A stretch of 64,000 nt of DNA from the human T2T-CHM13v2.0 reference genome, Homo sapiens, in the NCBI RefSeq assembly GCF_009914755.1, contig NC_060928.1; one strand, given 5' to 3'. Below, piece by piece: positions 12,740 through 26,878 of the stretch. Position 1 is the first letter of the stretch. Each line of letters opens with the position of its first letter. The notes under the pieces were generated by a model. The model saw only the letters and a list, made by a program, of their open reading frames with translations. It did not search any database and had not been told where the DNA came from. Both the position numbers and the translations under genes were made by a program.

Positions 12740-13700
12740 CATTAATTTATTAAATATTTGGTGCATACCTAATACATGCTAAGTGTTAGAGATAAACTGG
12801 TCAGCAGAAATAGATATAGTTCCTGTCTCCATGTAACTATACTTGTGGGAGAGGCAGGTATTTACCAAATAGGGACATAAAGACAACTAAATCAAAATAT
12901 AGTAGCTACTACAAAGAGAATATACAGATTACTAAAACTACATATAAATGGAGGTCTAGCCTAGTGTAGGACTATCAGGGAAGACAAACAAAAGAAGCAA
13001 ATTTAAATAGAGATGTGAAAAATGATGAGCATTTAGCCAGACAAAGGAGAGGGTGATATTATAAGCAAAAGAAACGATATGATAAGCAAAAGAAACATTT
13101 TCCACTTGTGAATTACAGTACCTCGGACAAGTTCCTTGAGCTCAGATTTTGAGCCTATTTCCTTATCTGCACAATAGGGATATAAATCATTATACCTATA
13201 CCATGGAATGAATTAGATTTCTTTTATAAGATGTTTAACATAGTACCTGGTAAGTACTTAATAAGTATTTTCTGTTGGTGGTAACAATTTGGAGCTGGGC
13301 TTCCTGAATTTGAATTCTGCATTTGCCACTTAACTAGCTGTGTGATCCTGGGCGAGGCATTCACCCAGGTCCTTTAGCTTCCTCGAGATAATATCAGGGT
13401 AACCTTAACTACTTCAACTATCATAGGATTGCTGGGAGGCTTGCATGAGTTCCTATGGGAAGCATTAAAACAGTTCTTGGCACATAGTAGATGCTCCATG
13501 AATGTTAGCTGTTATTAGGACTAAAGAAAGCTCACAACTGTTCCATTAGGCATTTAGAAATCATTCTATGACTTTTAAGAAAATTGAGACTCAAAAAGTG
13601 TAAGTATCTGCTCAAGTTTACTTAGCTAACAAACTGCATGATTTGAAACTCAAACACACATTTTCTGATTCCAAACTCGCTCCATGAGGCCTCCCCAAGC
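12740..13700. mobile_element. Cluster of L2 and MIR fragments
   Basis: L2-like tail at 12740-13050; MIR cores (TTTCCTTATCTGCACAATAGGGATA, GCCACTTAACTAGCTGTGTGATCCTGGGC) at 13100-13520; inverted MIR at about 13570-13700. Confidence 0.6.
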
Positions 13701-14037
13701 CTAGGTAAAAAACGTCATCTTCGAACTTCAAGAAAGGACCTTTGGATAATTGACATAATAATATTGCCATTGGCAATAATGTGCCTTGTTCTTTTCCAAA
13801 TCAGTAAAGACTAATTTTCTGAGATAGTCCTGAGCTGTGGAGAAATAAATGGGGAAATAAAAAGGGTTGTATGTGTATGTGTATTTTGCATAACTGAATT
13901 TTTTGTGTTACAATACTTTAACTACAGCACTAAGAAAATCATGCTTATAACAAGAAATAAGTCTCAGATTTGAATATAAACAGTAAGATGAAAAGACAAA
14001 AAAAAATGCCCTGGACCTTGAAGCCCTCTTCATTTTA

Positions 14038-14403
<366 letters not shown>

Positions 14404-15279
14404 AAGATGCCCCTATGTAATAAGTTGTCAGTGTCAAATGCTGATGGAAAAATATCGCAACAGAGTTGAGTCAGACCCAGGTCTGTCTGACTCCAAACTC
14501 TTGTGCTGTCCACCACAGCACTCCTGTCAATACAGGCGCCACCAGGGGTTATTTGCAATGGTTCTCTTACAGTCTCCTGGAAGAGAGAAAATGAGATAGA
14601 AGGGTTGGTGAAAAAGCACTAAAATGTGTAGAAACCTGGGGTTAGGAGTGACTTTAGGATTCACCTGGTATATGCCTGAAAGGGGACTGTGGTTCACTTT
14701 TTCAAAGGCCAAGAAAATTCAGATTTGGGAAAAATAAGGCATTAAGGCCTAACAAATCCTTAATATTCATCCTTTCTCTTCTCTTTTGGTTTGGTTTCCA
14801 AGGCAACCTATATTTTCTGAGCAGTTTTATGTGTATTTGCTGAAGGCAGGTGATTGCTTTCCCTCAGCCTGATGGGGGTTGGGGGAAGAAGCAGTCCAGA
14901 GAGAGGCCATTTAGAAGAAGGAATCTTGTTTAATGTTATGGGAACTCTTAGACTAAAGTCTTTAAAAGTTACTGAGTTAAAACTCTGTTGTATGCATTAT
15001 CTGAAACATAAATTATTATCAAGAAGATGAGGAGGAGAGAGAGAAAGAGAGAGAGGATGGAAGGGAATAAACGCGAGTGTGTGTGACGCTCCCCTGAGGC
15101 TCCTAGCTAAATTCTTGCTATTTTCAGTGCTTGCCTTCACACTCCTAGGGCATTTTGTCTGCACTCACTCCTCTCTCCACCCCCTCATCCTTCTGCACTT
15201 TGACCTCTGCTTCTGCCACTGCACAGAAGTAGAAGAGGCTGGCTGACCTGTAGGGAAGCCATATGCCGATGGTACAACA

Positions 15280-15737
15280 GGGGCCTTGACGTCGGTGCCA
15301 CAAACCCAGAAACTCCCCTTCCCCACCTCAAGTTCTCTGCCTCTCTGCCTGAGGGCCTTTTCCAACACAGAGGAGCATTTCTTTACCTGTGAGCAGGAGA
15401 CCCTACAGGTGCAGGGGATTGAATGTCACCCCCGGGGGTAACCCTCAGCCATGGAGGAACAGGTGTATGTGAATAAATACTCCATCTTGACACCAGCCTT
15501 GGTGGAATATTTCTTAGGGGCAATCTCACAGTTCCTCAGGTAGATTCAAGTGGAATTAAGCTCAGCTGTCCACAGAGGTAATTATCTCACTAACATACCC
15601 TCAGTGGCTTCTCCACTTCATTTTCCCCATTTCTGCCTCATTTCATCATGTGTATCATGGAACTAGCTCCCAAATAAACAATTTCTTCCAAGTACTCATC
15701 TCAAAGCCTTCTTTTAGGTGAATTCAAACCAAGATAC
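15280..15737 (+). mobile_element. LTR16-family ERVL solo LTR
   Basis: The 3' end CTCCCAAATAAAC...TCTCAAAGCCTTCTTTTAGGTGAATTCAAACCAAGATA resembles the LTR16 terminus. Confidence 0.6.
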
Positions 15738-18700
15738 TAGCATATCCCTTTCTTGGCATCAGTGTGTCTGCAATATAATAATAATTAGATTACTATTAAT
15801 AATTATTAATTATTGATTATTAAAGCAAAATGAAGTCAATATTTTTGAGGGTCAACACTGCTCCAATGCTTCACTCTGGATTCCATCAGGGAAACAGAAT
15901 CTCCCTAGGTCTCCACGTAGAAGAGTTGTACTGCAGGGCATTAGAGGCCTATGCAGCCTTTGGAAAAGCTAGGGAATCAAAGGTCAGGAAAGCTACAGCT
16001 AGAAGCATGTGATTCTCAGGCACACACCTGGAAACCACTGCAAACCATATGGCTGCCATCTGTTCAGATAACAGCTTACAACTGCAGCTGGAGAATGGCA
16101 CCTTCTCTTCTACCTTCCAAATACTGTGCAGATTAGAAGATTGTAATCTAGAACTATAAGAGGAAAAGGATTCTGAAAAAAAGGTTCCAGGTTTCTGCCC
16201 TGCAATGCAGAGGGAAATGCAGAAAAGAATGTGGTAAATTTACGTGTATAGCAAATAACTCAGGTCACCCAGGTGGAATCTGCAGAGGCCAGAAGCCTGA
16301 CACATAGACAGTGCTGAATAAACACTGACAAATTCTTGCTACCCAATTTCTTCTTTTCTACACTCCATGAGGACCATCATCTATCATACTATTTGATATG
16401 ATTAGGCAGAGAGTTTCTAGTTTGGCCATCAGAGATGTCTATAACAACAAGGTTGTCCAAAACTTACATACCCAGTTCCCTTGACTGGTCAGCTAACCCT
16501 ACAGAGGCTTTGCAGCCAAGTATTTACAAAACATGTTAGTATATCCAAATCTTACATCATTTTCACCACTCCATCCCTCTATGGCTGCTATCACTCCTAA
16601 ATCCTCCCGGAGGAGTTCTCTAAGTTATATCAGTCTAGTTAAGCATATACTTGTTCATATACTTTAAGGCACCTATTGAGAGCTGACTCTTTCATGCTTT
16701 ACTCCAAGTGGGACCATCTGTAGACTGAGGGAAAAGTGAATATTTTCATATTTTCTACAGAACGGATCATTGCTTCTGACTGGTATAAACCTCCAACTTT
16801 TTTTCAGTGTCATGTGCTACCACAGATCACCTTGTCCTGCTCATTTCCTTCCTTTTTTGCTTTGATTTTCCTTACATTGAACTTCTTTTGTTCTGTTCCC
16901 AACTCCAGCCTTTCCTTCTGTTTCATCCCCTTTCTTCCTTCCAGGCTTTACCTGCACTTTTCTGCCTCTATCTCTATGGAGGTCCTTAACACTTGAAAGC
17001 ATAACTGATGACTTTGAGAACTGATCACTTTGAGATTCTGATCAACCTACAGACATTCAATTCACAGAAAAATTCACATGAGCATGTATTGGAAAGAGGC
17101 AGGGAAGGGAGTTAATTCCACATTTTCATCTTCTTCTTTTGCCTCACTGAGCGTACAGCCCTGTGCCAGTCTCCCATGGTCATAACAGTCAGCTATTGCC
17201 AATGAGGAAGCATAGTTACCCTGCATGCCTCAGTTCTTATGTGGTATGGATGTTAGGTTGATAACTAAACACCCTGCCATGTGGCCTGCCCTGCCACAAA
17301 AGGCCAAATGGCAAGGTGAGCAAACACCACAGAGGCTGTGATAGACAGAGGCCGGATGGAGGATGAGCTGAGAGCCAGTGAGATATGAGAGAAGTCAAGT
17401 CAGCAAGGGCAGGATGCACTGCTCCCTGGGATCATACCTGTACCTCAGAGTTCAGCATTCAAGGCCAACAGAACTGCACATCAGTCAGGTGGGCGAGGGA
17501 CCATGTTCTTGAATAACTATGGACACCTGCCATAACAATCTGAAGACCCACGTGAGGCCCTTTCTTCATCCCCTCCGTACCATGGTAGTGAGAGAAACAG
17601 GAGATGCAGATTCTCGGAGAGCCCATGCTTTGGATTCCCGGCAAGTTAGGAAATTGCTGAAAGGGACTTTTCACATTTCTCAAATAGGCTAAATTTAAAC
17701 CAGATTGGACATTTAATTGTTTTAATTTTCCCCTTACTAGCAGATGAGCATTCAGGAGAGAAAAAGTGATTAGTAATGGACTAAATTAATTTATTGAACT
17801 TCCTTTTCCTGCACAGCCAATTTAGAATGTGAGTTACGCTTTTTAAATCAAAACATACACAAAAATTGGCATTTTTTTCAGGCATTCACACAGCACCTCT
17901 GATGGTTAAGATTCCTATTCTATATTCATACCTTCAAAATACCATTTACTCAACATGGTTACACTCCTTTTCAAAGTCCACATTTTCAACCCAAATGTAT
18001 AATTTATACTAGCAAGATATCTTAACTTTGATGTTTCATAGGCAAGCTGAAACTCAATGGATGCGCAGTGTAAAATTGGTTCCATCTCACCTCATTCCTG
18101 CTGTCATGAGCACGGCTTTTCTATGTCCCAGTTTCCGTTGCCCACAGCATCGAAGTTACCTATGTCTCCTTTTCTGCTTTATTTCTAACCATACCTAATG
18201 TCAAATCCTGATGCTTTCTTTCTTTTGCTGTATATCTAGGTATTACCCCTTATCTCACCATTTTCACATTCACATTACTGCTGCAAATCAAGACACTGCA
18301 AATCCTCTCAGCTTCTCCTCATGACCTCAGTATCTGGTCCCATTAGTCCATCTCCAACATTCTCAGGTAATTCTTCTTGAAGTTGTGATTTCTTTACTTT
18401 ATCTTTCCCTGCCCAAGATTGTTTTTTCTTTACCAAGACTTTTTCAAGAACTTCAGGGCTACATTCCCAACTGCTTGCTGGATGTCTCTACAGAGATGTC
18501 CCCAGTGTACTCAAGTCTATTTTTTTTTAACCAAAGTCATTTTCTTTACTATGGCATCCAAGTGCCCACTCCCAGTCAGCTCCTCCTCCTCTAATCCATA
18601 TCTCAAATAATCACACCAAGAACTTGCTGGTCACCAGTTTGGAGCTAACAGTCTTCTCAAGGAGTCTGGCCTCCCTCACATCTCCAAATTCAGCAGATCG

Positions 18701-19003
18701 CAAAATCATGTTGATTCTCTGACCAAAACATCTTGAGCATATTACAGCCTTTCCATTTCTACCTCTCAATTCCAGTTCCTGTCATTTCCCCTGCCTTCCA
18801 TCTCTCAACTTTTCATTTTACCCTTTATAATGCCTGCAGAATTATTTTCCTAAACCATGCATCTTATCACGTCACTAGCCTGCTCAAAACCTTGTCTTTG
18901 CCATTCAGTAAAGTGCAAGAAAACTTGCCATGACATATCAGGTGCCAGACAGCCTCATTTTAAGCATATGACCCTTTGCATCCCATAATCTACTATTCCA
19001 TGT

Positions 19004-19136
19004 GAGGGTTGTCAGATTTAGCAAATAAAAATACAGGATGCCCAGATAAGCAGCAATATTTGGAACATACACTGCAATATTTGTTTATCTGAAATTCAAA
19101 TTTAACTGGATGTCTTTCTTTTATCTGGCAACACTA
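19004..19136. mobile_element. MER53 (hAT) MITE, internally deleted
   Basis: Inverted termini AGGGTTGTCAGAT / ATCTGGCAACACTA; 8-bp TSD TTCCATGT / TTCCATAT. Confidence 0.85.
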
Positions 19137-20022
19137 TTCCATATAGCATATTACAAATGTGCCATACATTTACAAACCCATGTGATCTTGTTTGTAATGG
19201 CTGTTCTCTTCAAATGGAATTCTTCACTTACTCTCTCACCTATTAATTTCTCATCCGTTTTATAGATTTTTTTTTACCAATAGACAAGATCCATCTCCTC
19301 TTTCCTCCTGGGACGGATCTTGTCTAAAGACCTGTAGGGGAATACAATTAAGACTCGACTTTCTGCTTTCCTAAGGTGGCCTTTATTAAAGGTAAAGTGA
19401 TTTATAATATAACTCAAGGGGAGGGGGATGGGAGTCAGAGATGTTTGCCTAACATAATAATGCCAAGGTAATGGTTTTCAAAAAATAGACTTAAAAATTC
19501 ACCAATAAAAGGGATACAGATATCTCTCAAGGGGCATGGCAGAGAATAAATCCCTTTAATGGCAAGATTTGCTTGATCAGATACTTAATAGGGGTATAGT
19601 CGAAGGCCTCCGTGTTTGCCTGGGGAGTGGGTAGGGAAGAAACCAGCATACCCCAAGACAAAGCCATCTCTCTCTGTGAAAACACATAGGCATCCTGACA
19701 CAGGTATGGCTAAGGCCACTAAGCTTGTGAGACAGCAGGAGAACCTAAGGAGTTTGAACTTTGATTAGGAAAGAACCCAGGAAACAGGGAAGGGAGAGGG
19801 TATTCTCCATTGTCTCCATTTTCTCCTTCCATTCCATTCTGGTTTCCCTGCACAGAAGGCAAGGACCATAACTAATGCAATGCTTTCTTTAAATTCCAGG
19901 TTTTCATGTGCTGAGAACAGGGAAAATACTCATAAACATGTGTCCACAAATCAACCACAATACAGCTGGTCCCACTAGGGCTTCCTGAGTGCATAGTGTA
20001 TCTCAGGTACTCTGCCATGGCC

Positions 20023-20165
20023 GGACCCAGCTACATAATTTGGGGGATCTAGTACCAAATGAAAATGCTAGGAATCTTGTTCAAAAATTATTGAGAATTT
20101 CAATTACAGTGTCATCCCTATACAGAGGCTGTGGGCTGCAGAGGTCACACATCCATGAAGTTCAT
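20023..20165 (-). mobile_element. MER45A (hAT-Tip100)
   Basis: GCTACATAATTTG...AAATGAAAATGC...TTGTTCAAAAATTATT...GGTCACACATCCATGAAG matches the MER45A reverse complement. Confidence 0.7.
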
Positions 20166-20451
20166 AAAAACTCTAGACACCAACCCATGGGGAAGACATT
20201 ATATCAAGTTACAGATTAAGGAACAGAGCCTGGGTAAATTTATGTTCTTTACTAGAACTCATATCACTAGCAAGGACTAGAGTTTACATTAAAACTCAAT
20301 CCAAAGGACTTTGTATGAAATCTCCAGAGTGTTGGTGGGAATCATTGAAATGTAATTTTTTTTAGATTTTAGTGGATATTTTGTTTGTTTATGGAAAACT
20401 GCATATAGAGCCTGCCAGTTTTACTCTCCCATCCTTCCTTTTGTCAACAAC

Positions 20452-20998
20452 CAGGTGTGGGATCAGAGTATGAAGAGTGAGGTACCCACTTGCTCTGGCC
20501 CAAAATTTAAGGGTTTAAAAAAACTCAGGAGTCAAGGTAAATAATATTCAATGTGATATCTTCTAAAAAATCTAAATTACTTTTTAAAAATTCACAGTGA
20601 ACAAAATATCAAACTTGTAGATAAAGACAGGCAATGATTATTTGTTTTACGACCTTGCATTATTATGAAATGTGAACAGTCTGTTTCCAATCAGCCTGCA
20701 GTTCCCTGGCCTGTGGCTATCAGGTCCCCAGAAGCTTGTGAGACACCAAGTTTTATGAGGGTTGACAAAAGTATGTGAACAGGGTGGACAATGAAAGGCT
20801 TTATATGTACGTATACACATAGATGTAATTTTAAACATGACTATGACTATGTATATAGTCATGTTTTTTGATTATAGAGTGCTTACTAACATTTTCTAGT
20901 TGGTTCAAAATATAGGAGAGTATTTTGATGTGTATATTTAAGAGGAACATATTTTTTCCTTTTTGCCTCAAGCTCCAATATGGCTTGGCATGACACTG
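20452..20998 (+). mobile_element. ORSL-like hAT-Tip100 element
   Basis: CAAAATTTAAGGG...AAAAAACTCAG at the start and TTTGCCTCAAGCTCCAATATGGCTTGGCATGACACTG at the end. Confidence 0.6.
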
Positions 20999-23900
20999 TT
21001 GGCAACGAATTGTATTCTTGAGTATCAATTTACATAAGGCCTATGATTCATGATATGCTCCATATGTTGTGAAATTGGTGATACACACCCACTCTGTCCA
21101 TAAAATCCCAAAGAGTATTTTGTCCAATAGACAGAATTAACTGTATGTGGAAGCAGACAGTCATTTGGATAACAAAATGAGCACTTGTTACATTCATCAT
21201 TATCTGTATGAACATTGCACCAGGACATTTCTTGGGCTATCTTAGGCACCTGATTTATACCAGCAGCATTCACCACTTCTCAATTAATTGAAAATTCCTC
21301 TGTTCTTGAACTGACCCAGAACTTGAACGTCTCCTCACTTATACTTGCCAATCACATTTCATTTATTCTTTCGGGTCTAGGTATACACCACCTCTTCAGA
21401 GAAGTGTTCTCTAATCCCTTCAGGCTATAATCTATACTAGAAAGTATTGTGTGTTCATGTAAAACTCTCATCTCTAACGGAGAACAAAATTCTTGGCAGC
21501 ATGAACTGAGTCTAGTTCATCTTTTTCCCTTTAGCACTTTGCGTAATGCATACCATAGATGCTAAATATTCACTGGATGAATGAATGAACTATTTGGCCT
21601 TTTATTATAGCTATTTATGTATATGTCTTTCTCCCACTTGAAAAAAATGCACTGTCTCTTAATCTCCTTTAACTCTCCCCTTGCACTTAGAACACTTTTG
21701 TGTATGTGCCCATTGTCAGTGTTCAGTTATATTTAAATAATTAAATTAGAACCTGAAGGTAGTTTACAAAAATAATGAGTTTGATTTTAAACATGTTACA
21801 GATGTCATGTAAGGTAATTTTATTACCACACCAAAATTAAGAAGACTCTGCTGCTGCTGAAGTATAACTTTCGATGTATTGGAAACGTTTATAACAATAA
21901 TATCTCCCCTATGAGTTTAAAAAAATTACTACATCTTAATTATCATGAAGGTAAACATCTACCTAGTTAGTGCCTTGGTGACAACTTGCAGACTGGTGGG
22001 GCCTAAATTAATGACATGACATTGAATTCAAGAGACTCAAGCACTATGGAGTTAATTTTGATTATCAATAAACATATTTTTTAAATTACATCTATTTGTA
22101 TAAAACTTTTAAAATTACATTTGTGTGTATAAAACTTTACTATTTGCAAAAGCTTTAGGAACATCCAGATACTTTCCTAGAGGTCAACTTCTTCATATCA
22201 TGTGTTGATTGAGAAAAATAGTTTGATCCCATCGAGTTGTGTTACTCTTCAGTAAGAGCATCCCTTGGCAAGGGTGCAAACTCTACTGCTCAGTCTATAT
22301 GTTGTACTCAATGTTCTTTTCTCATATTTGCTAAGCCTGTTAAATCTGATTGAAAGCTTTAATTCTTTAAATAGAAAAACAATCATCTGACTGATATAAA
22401 ATTCTCAGATTCTTCTGTTCTTGTACAGTTTTTCAATATTTAAAATGTTTTAAAGATCTGTCAAATACATAGTTTCAGTAATCATTTATTTAGCCTATTG
22501 GCAGGGTCCAGAACAATAAGCTTCTTTTTCTTTTCATCTAGAAGATAGATAATTCCAGTGTACTTTCATTTCAAGATGGAGATGCCAAAGTTGAGAGGCA
22601 GATGAGTGTGATTTACAAGTTGTATGACCCTTAGCAGGGTACTTACGCTTCCTGAGCATAAGGTTTATCATCCAGAAGACGGTATCGTAATACTTACTGA
22701 GCACGCCAATTGTGAGTAACAAATAGCAGAGGTTATTCCCAGTCCCTGCCCAAGTTATTTTTAAAATCTCCCTTAATGTTGAACATACAAGTAGTGCAGA
22801 GTATAACTCCACCTTCAAAAATATCTATCATATCTCTGTCTCAGCATAATTTTGAAAATTATTGGGCTCTCAGTTATTTTCAATAGTCTTAGAGTGATTC
22901 TTCCTTATTCTTTCTCATTGGGTGCTTTTAAGGAAGGAGTTGGGAAGGGAGAAAGGAAGAATGTGGAGAGAAAAATGAAGTAATTTCATAGGACTAGTCA
23001 CTGAGCTGGAATTCTTCACCTAAACATAACTTGTTCTAATAGGAATAGAAAGACACTCTTTTCCACAGGGATCATGAATTCTTAAAAAATACAGAAACTT
23101 TTCAATGTATCAGTGCAGTGACTCAACTTCAGAAAATAATTTCTTGTTTTCCACAGAAGTAATTAGAGAATATCATTATCATCATCATCACTATCATTAT
23201 TGCTATGATTATTGATCTTAGTAATAATAATTAACATCAATTGAGCCCATACCTAGAGAATATTTAAAATATTCCAGGTGCTGAGCTGAGCATTTTACTG
23301 ACTTTATCTCATTTAAGTCTCTCAACCCACCTTATTTATTATTTATTTTGACTTTGCTGACAAAAACATTAGTAAGGTTAAATAACTTGCCCAGGGCCTC
23401 ACAGTAAGTGGCAGACCTAGAATTGAAGCCTACATCTGTCTGAATAAAAGATCCTATGTCCATCACCTTTGTATTATGATAGTTCAGTAGCAAATTTCTC
23501 CTATCCCTATTGCAGTCACAGAATTATCAGGAGCACTGGCTTGGCTAAGAGCTCAGATATTTTGAAGTCCAGTTGAAGTTAGGAGGCAGAGTGATGGTGA
23601 TACAACACCTGAGACCAGATTATCTTTAATGTAAGAGTAAAACAGACAAAAACCAGGCAACCAAACAAAAAACACCGTGTAAATGATTTTTTAGAATTGC
23701 TAGCTCTGGTTCATTGGATAAACAAAATGTTCTTAGAATGTTAAAAAAGAATATGCTAGCAACAAGTTTATTTTAATTAATTTACATATTGTAGTATTTC
23801 AAAAATGGTATTAGAGAACAAGTCAGAGATACAAGTTTTTCTGTCACTTCTTACTAAAGCCCAAAATACTGTAAATCATTATTTAGCTTGGATCACAGAG

Positions 23901-25491
23901 TTTCAGAATATTTTATTATTCTGCATATATCTTGGAAGAATAATTATACTTGCTAGAGAAAGCAACACTAGAGTTCCATGTTTGTGAATAATTTTGTTTG
24001 ACATTTTTAAAATAAATTGATTAGAAACAAAATAAAGAAAACAAGCCTTGAGTACCTCTGCTGCATATTTTTTTCTTGTAATTTAAACTTGAATAAAAAA
24101 ATAAAATATAAAAGGAAAGTTCTTTAAAAACATGTTTTGTTAACACTTCTATTTGAGTACAATTACTGACTATAATTTTTGATTAAACATATTGAAGGCC
24201 ATATTTTTAAATTTCCAAAAACCATCATTCAGCTCTTGAAAATAATCACTAGTATAGTTTCTGTAGTTGTATAGTTTATACAGTTTCCTCATATAAAATT
24301 TCAGACTGCTTCAAACACTAATAGCTGACACATCCTGGGGAAGAATTAGGAGCTTACAGAAGTTCCACTTAGATATTATTATAAGATACACATTCCTAGG
24401 ATCCAACGACATTAGCAAACAGGCAAGAGTACACTATTTGCACATTATGTTCTGGCATTAACATTTAGTTAACAAAGATGATCACATGGGAACAGGGTCC
24501 TTTGTAGAAAAATGCTTTGAAGCATAGAAGATGTTTTGAAGAAGAGCAGATGTCCAAATGTAGCACCAATATTAAGCATAGCAAAAATAAATATTTGACA
24601 GCAAAAACATAGTTATACTTTGTTTGTTCTATATAATCATTATTAAAATATGAAAATTATTCAGTCAAGGAAAACCTGCCAAACCTATGATATACTGAGA
24701 TCTTCCATGAGTTCATCTTGAGTTTTATGCTCTAAGACACTTGTTTAAGTTAAAGTCTAGACGCAATGTCCTCAGTATAAGATAACCTCTTGGATAAGTC
24801 TTGTTTTAAATTCCATGCTATGAAAGATTAAATCCACTAGAAGATAAGCTTCATGAGGTCATAGGGTTTTTTAAATTATTTTATGCAAGTGGTATACCCC
24901 TAGCACCTAAGGTACTTGGCATTTAGCAGAAACCTAATAAATATTTTTGTATGAATTAATTAATGAAAGCAGTGCCCCAATACGTTTAGGCATAACAAGG
25001 TACATTCACAATATACTCAAATGAAGATTTCATTAAAGCTATAGCTGAGTCTTAAAGCCATGGGTTTTGAAATATGTTCTGGACTTCATTTACTAAATAT
25101 TGCACAAACAGGGTCTTATCTAAATAAGGTTATTTGACCTGGAACATTTTACTCCACTCTCAATGTGACTTGCTTTTACCATGGGCAATAAAATAAAGTG
25201 GAAAATGGGAAAGCCCTAAATAACTAACTGTAGGAAACTATAAAAATCTCTCCCCACCACCTCAGGACATCACTTAATCAGATAGCATCATTGGGACCAG
25301 AAACATCTACTCTCACAGCTCACGTGCCCACATGCTCTACCCTGCTATGCCCAGGACAGCCTGGAACAAGGGATGAAGGCTTGATTCTTTCTCTTCACTT
25401 GTTCCCTTGAAGCACCACCTCCTGGTCCCTCCACTTCTGGTGCTTTCAGAGGAACTCAGTAGAATTTGAGAAAGACTTAAGAAATATTTGA

Positions 25492-25706
25492 TGAGTCCAG
25501 GAGTTTAAGACCAGCCCGGGCAACATAGGAAGACCCCGTCTCAAGGAAAAAAAAAAAAAGCCAGGCATGGTGGTACATGCCTGTGGTCCCAGCTTCTCAG
25601 GAGGCTGAGTGGAAGGATTGCTTGAGCCTGGGAGGTTGAGGCTATGATGGTGCCACTGCACTGCAGCGTGGGGGACAGCAAGACTCTGTCTCCAAAAAAA
25701 AGAAAA
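25492..25706 (+). mobile_element. 5'-truncated AluJ
   Basis: J-type right arm (GGATTGCTTGAGCCTGGGAGGTTGAGGCT); 13-bp TSD AAGAAATATTTGA. Confidence 0.9.
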
Positions 25707-26199
25707 AAGAAATATTTGAGCTTACCAAAGATTTGGGACAGAGGCCTTTATTTCTCAGAGCCAATCATCAGTTCAGATGTAATTTCCTACAGGAGCTTTC
25801 CCTGATTCTTACTAAGCAGGGCTAAGTGACACTCCTTTCTGTTCCTTAATACCTTGAGCTTCTCTCAGAGCAACAAATTGCATTGAAATGTTCAGTGAGT
25901 AGCTGTTTCCCCCACTTAGAAACTCTAAACTTCTAAGAGTCATTCCTTCTTAGCATTTGTCACAGTGGGTGGAACAGGACCAGAAATACAATGGTGCCCA
26001 ATCAATGCTTGCTGAACTCCCTGCTCCCTCTCCATGCTCCCATCAGTGTCTGTGTGGTGCAAACAGAATGCTGTTGCTGGAAATGTTCATTTAATATGAT
26101 AAAAGACACTATTTGAAAATAATAATTTGATATTTTGTTTTACAGAAGATGTCGTTTCCTCTTTAAGAAACCATTGTCCACAATCTCAGGATGCACCTG

Positions 26200-26680
26200 A
26201 GTTGGTAAGGATCTTGGTTCCAGGTTACAGAAACCCAAACAGAACTAGCTTAAGACAGACGAAGAATTTATTATGAAGACACTAACATGTCTCATCGTGC
26301 CCATAGACAGGAATGGTGCTAAACTCTGAGAATGCCTGTAATCAGGACTCATGTTCTGTCGGGAAATTTGTGCCTTTTCTCTGTTTTTCACTCAGCGTTT
26401 GCTTAAATCTTCTCTTGCTATATGCTGACCAGATTCCTTTGTTTTACTTTTCCACATGAAGCAAAAGGTAACTGCCAATAGCTTCAAAATGCATATTTTT
26501 TCACCCCAAGAACCCAAAGAAGACTGACTTCAGTTCAAGTTTCCAATTTCTCTGGGAATGACTCTAATTGGCCCAAGTTTATTAAGTGCCCACCTCAGAC
26601 CAATCAAATGCAGCTGGAGGTGGAGTTCAAAAATATGGCCAGGATATTGGCAAGACAGTCCCATAGATGTCCAACACACT
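26200..26680 (-). mobile_element. Old MLT1 (K-like) LTR just downstream of the BTC poly(A) site
   Basis: GGATCTTGGTTCCAGGTTACAGAAACCCAAACAGAACTAGCTTAAG resembles the reverse of the old MLT1 U5 end. Confidence 0.45.
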
Positions 26681-26867
26681 CCCAGATGCTTTAGTTCCTA
26701 AAGAAAACACATGGTCAGGATGGATTCTTTCAAGTACACTAATGGATAGGGTTTACAAAGCATAAGGTGTTTAAAAGCAATAGTGTTCAAATTTATTTTC
26801 ATTAGTAATTCATGGTAAAATAAAAAATTCCCAAGTAACCACACGTTTACTTTGTTTTAAAAATAAA

Positions 26868-26878
26868 TTTATTTTATT
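26868..26878 (-). terminator. BTC: BTC distal polyadenylation signal (tandem AATAAAATAAA)
   Basis: Two overlapping AATAAA hexamers on the minus strand, an upstream TGTA, and a downstream GT/T-rich element (CGTGTGGTTACTTGGGAATTTTTT). Cleavage inferred at about 26850. Confidence 0.75.

Noticed and set aside
15870-19740. Further possible very old LTR fragments (about 15870-16230, 17140-17520, 19310-19740)
   Set aside because: They are too diverged to assign by eye and need a Dfam search.
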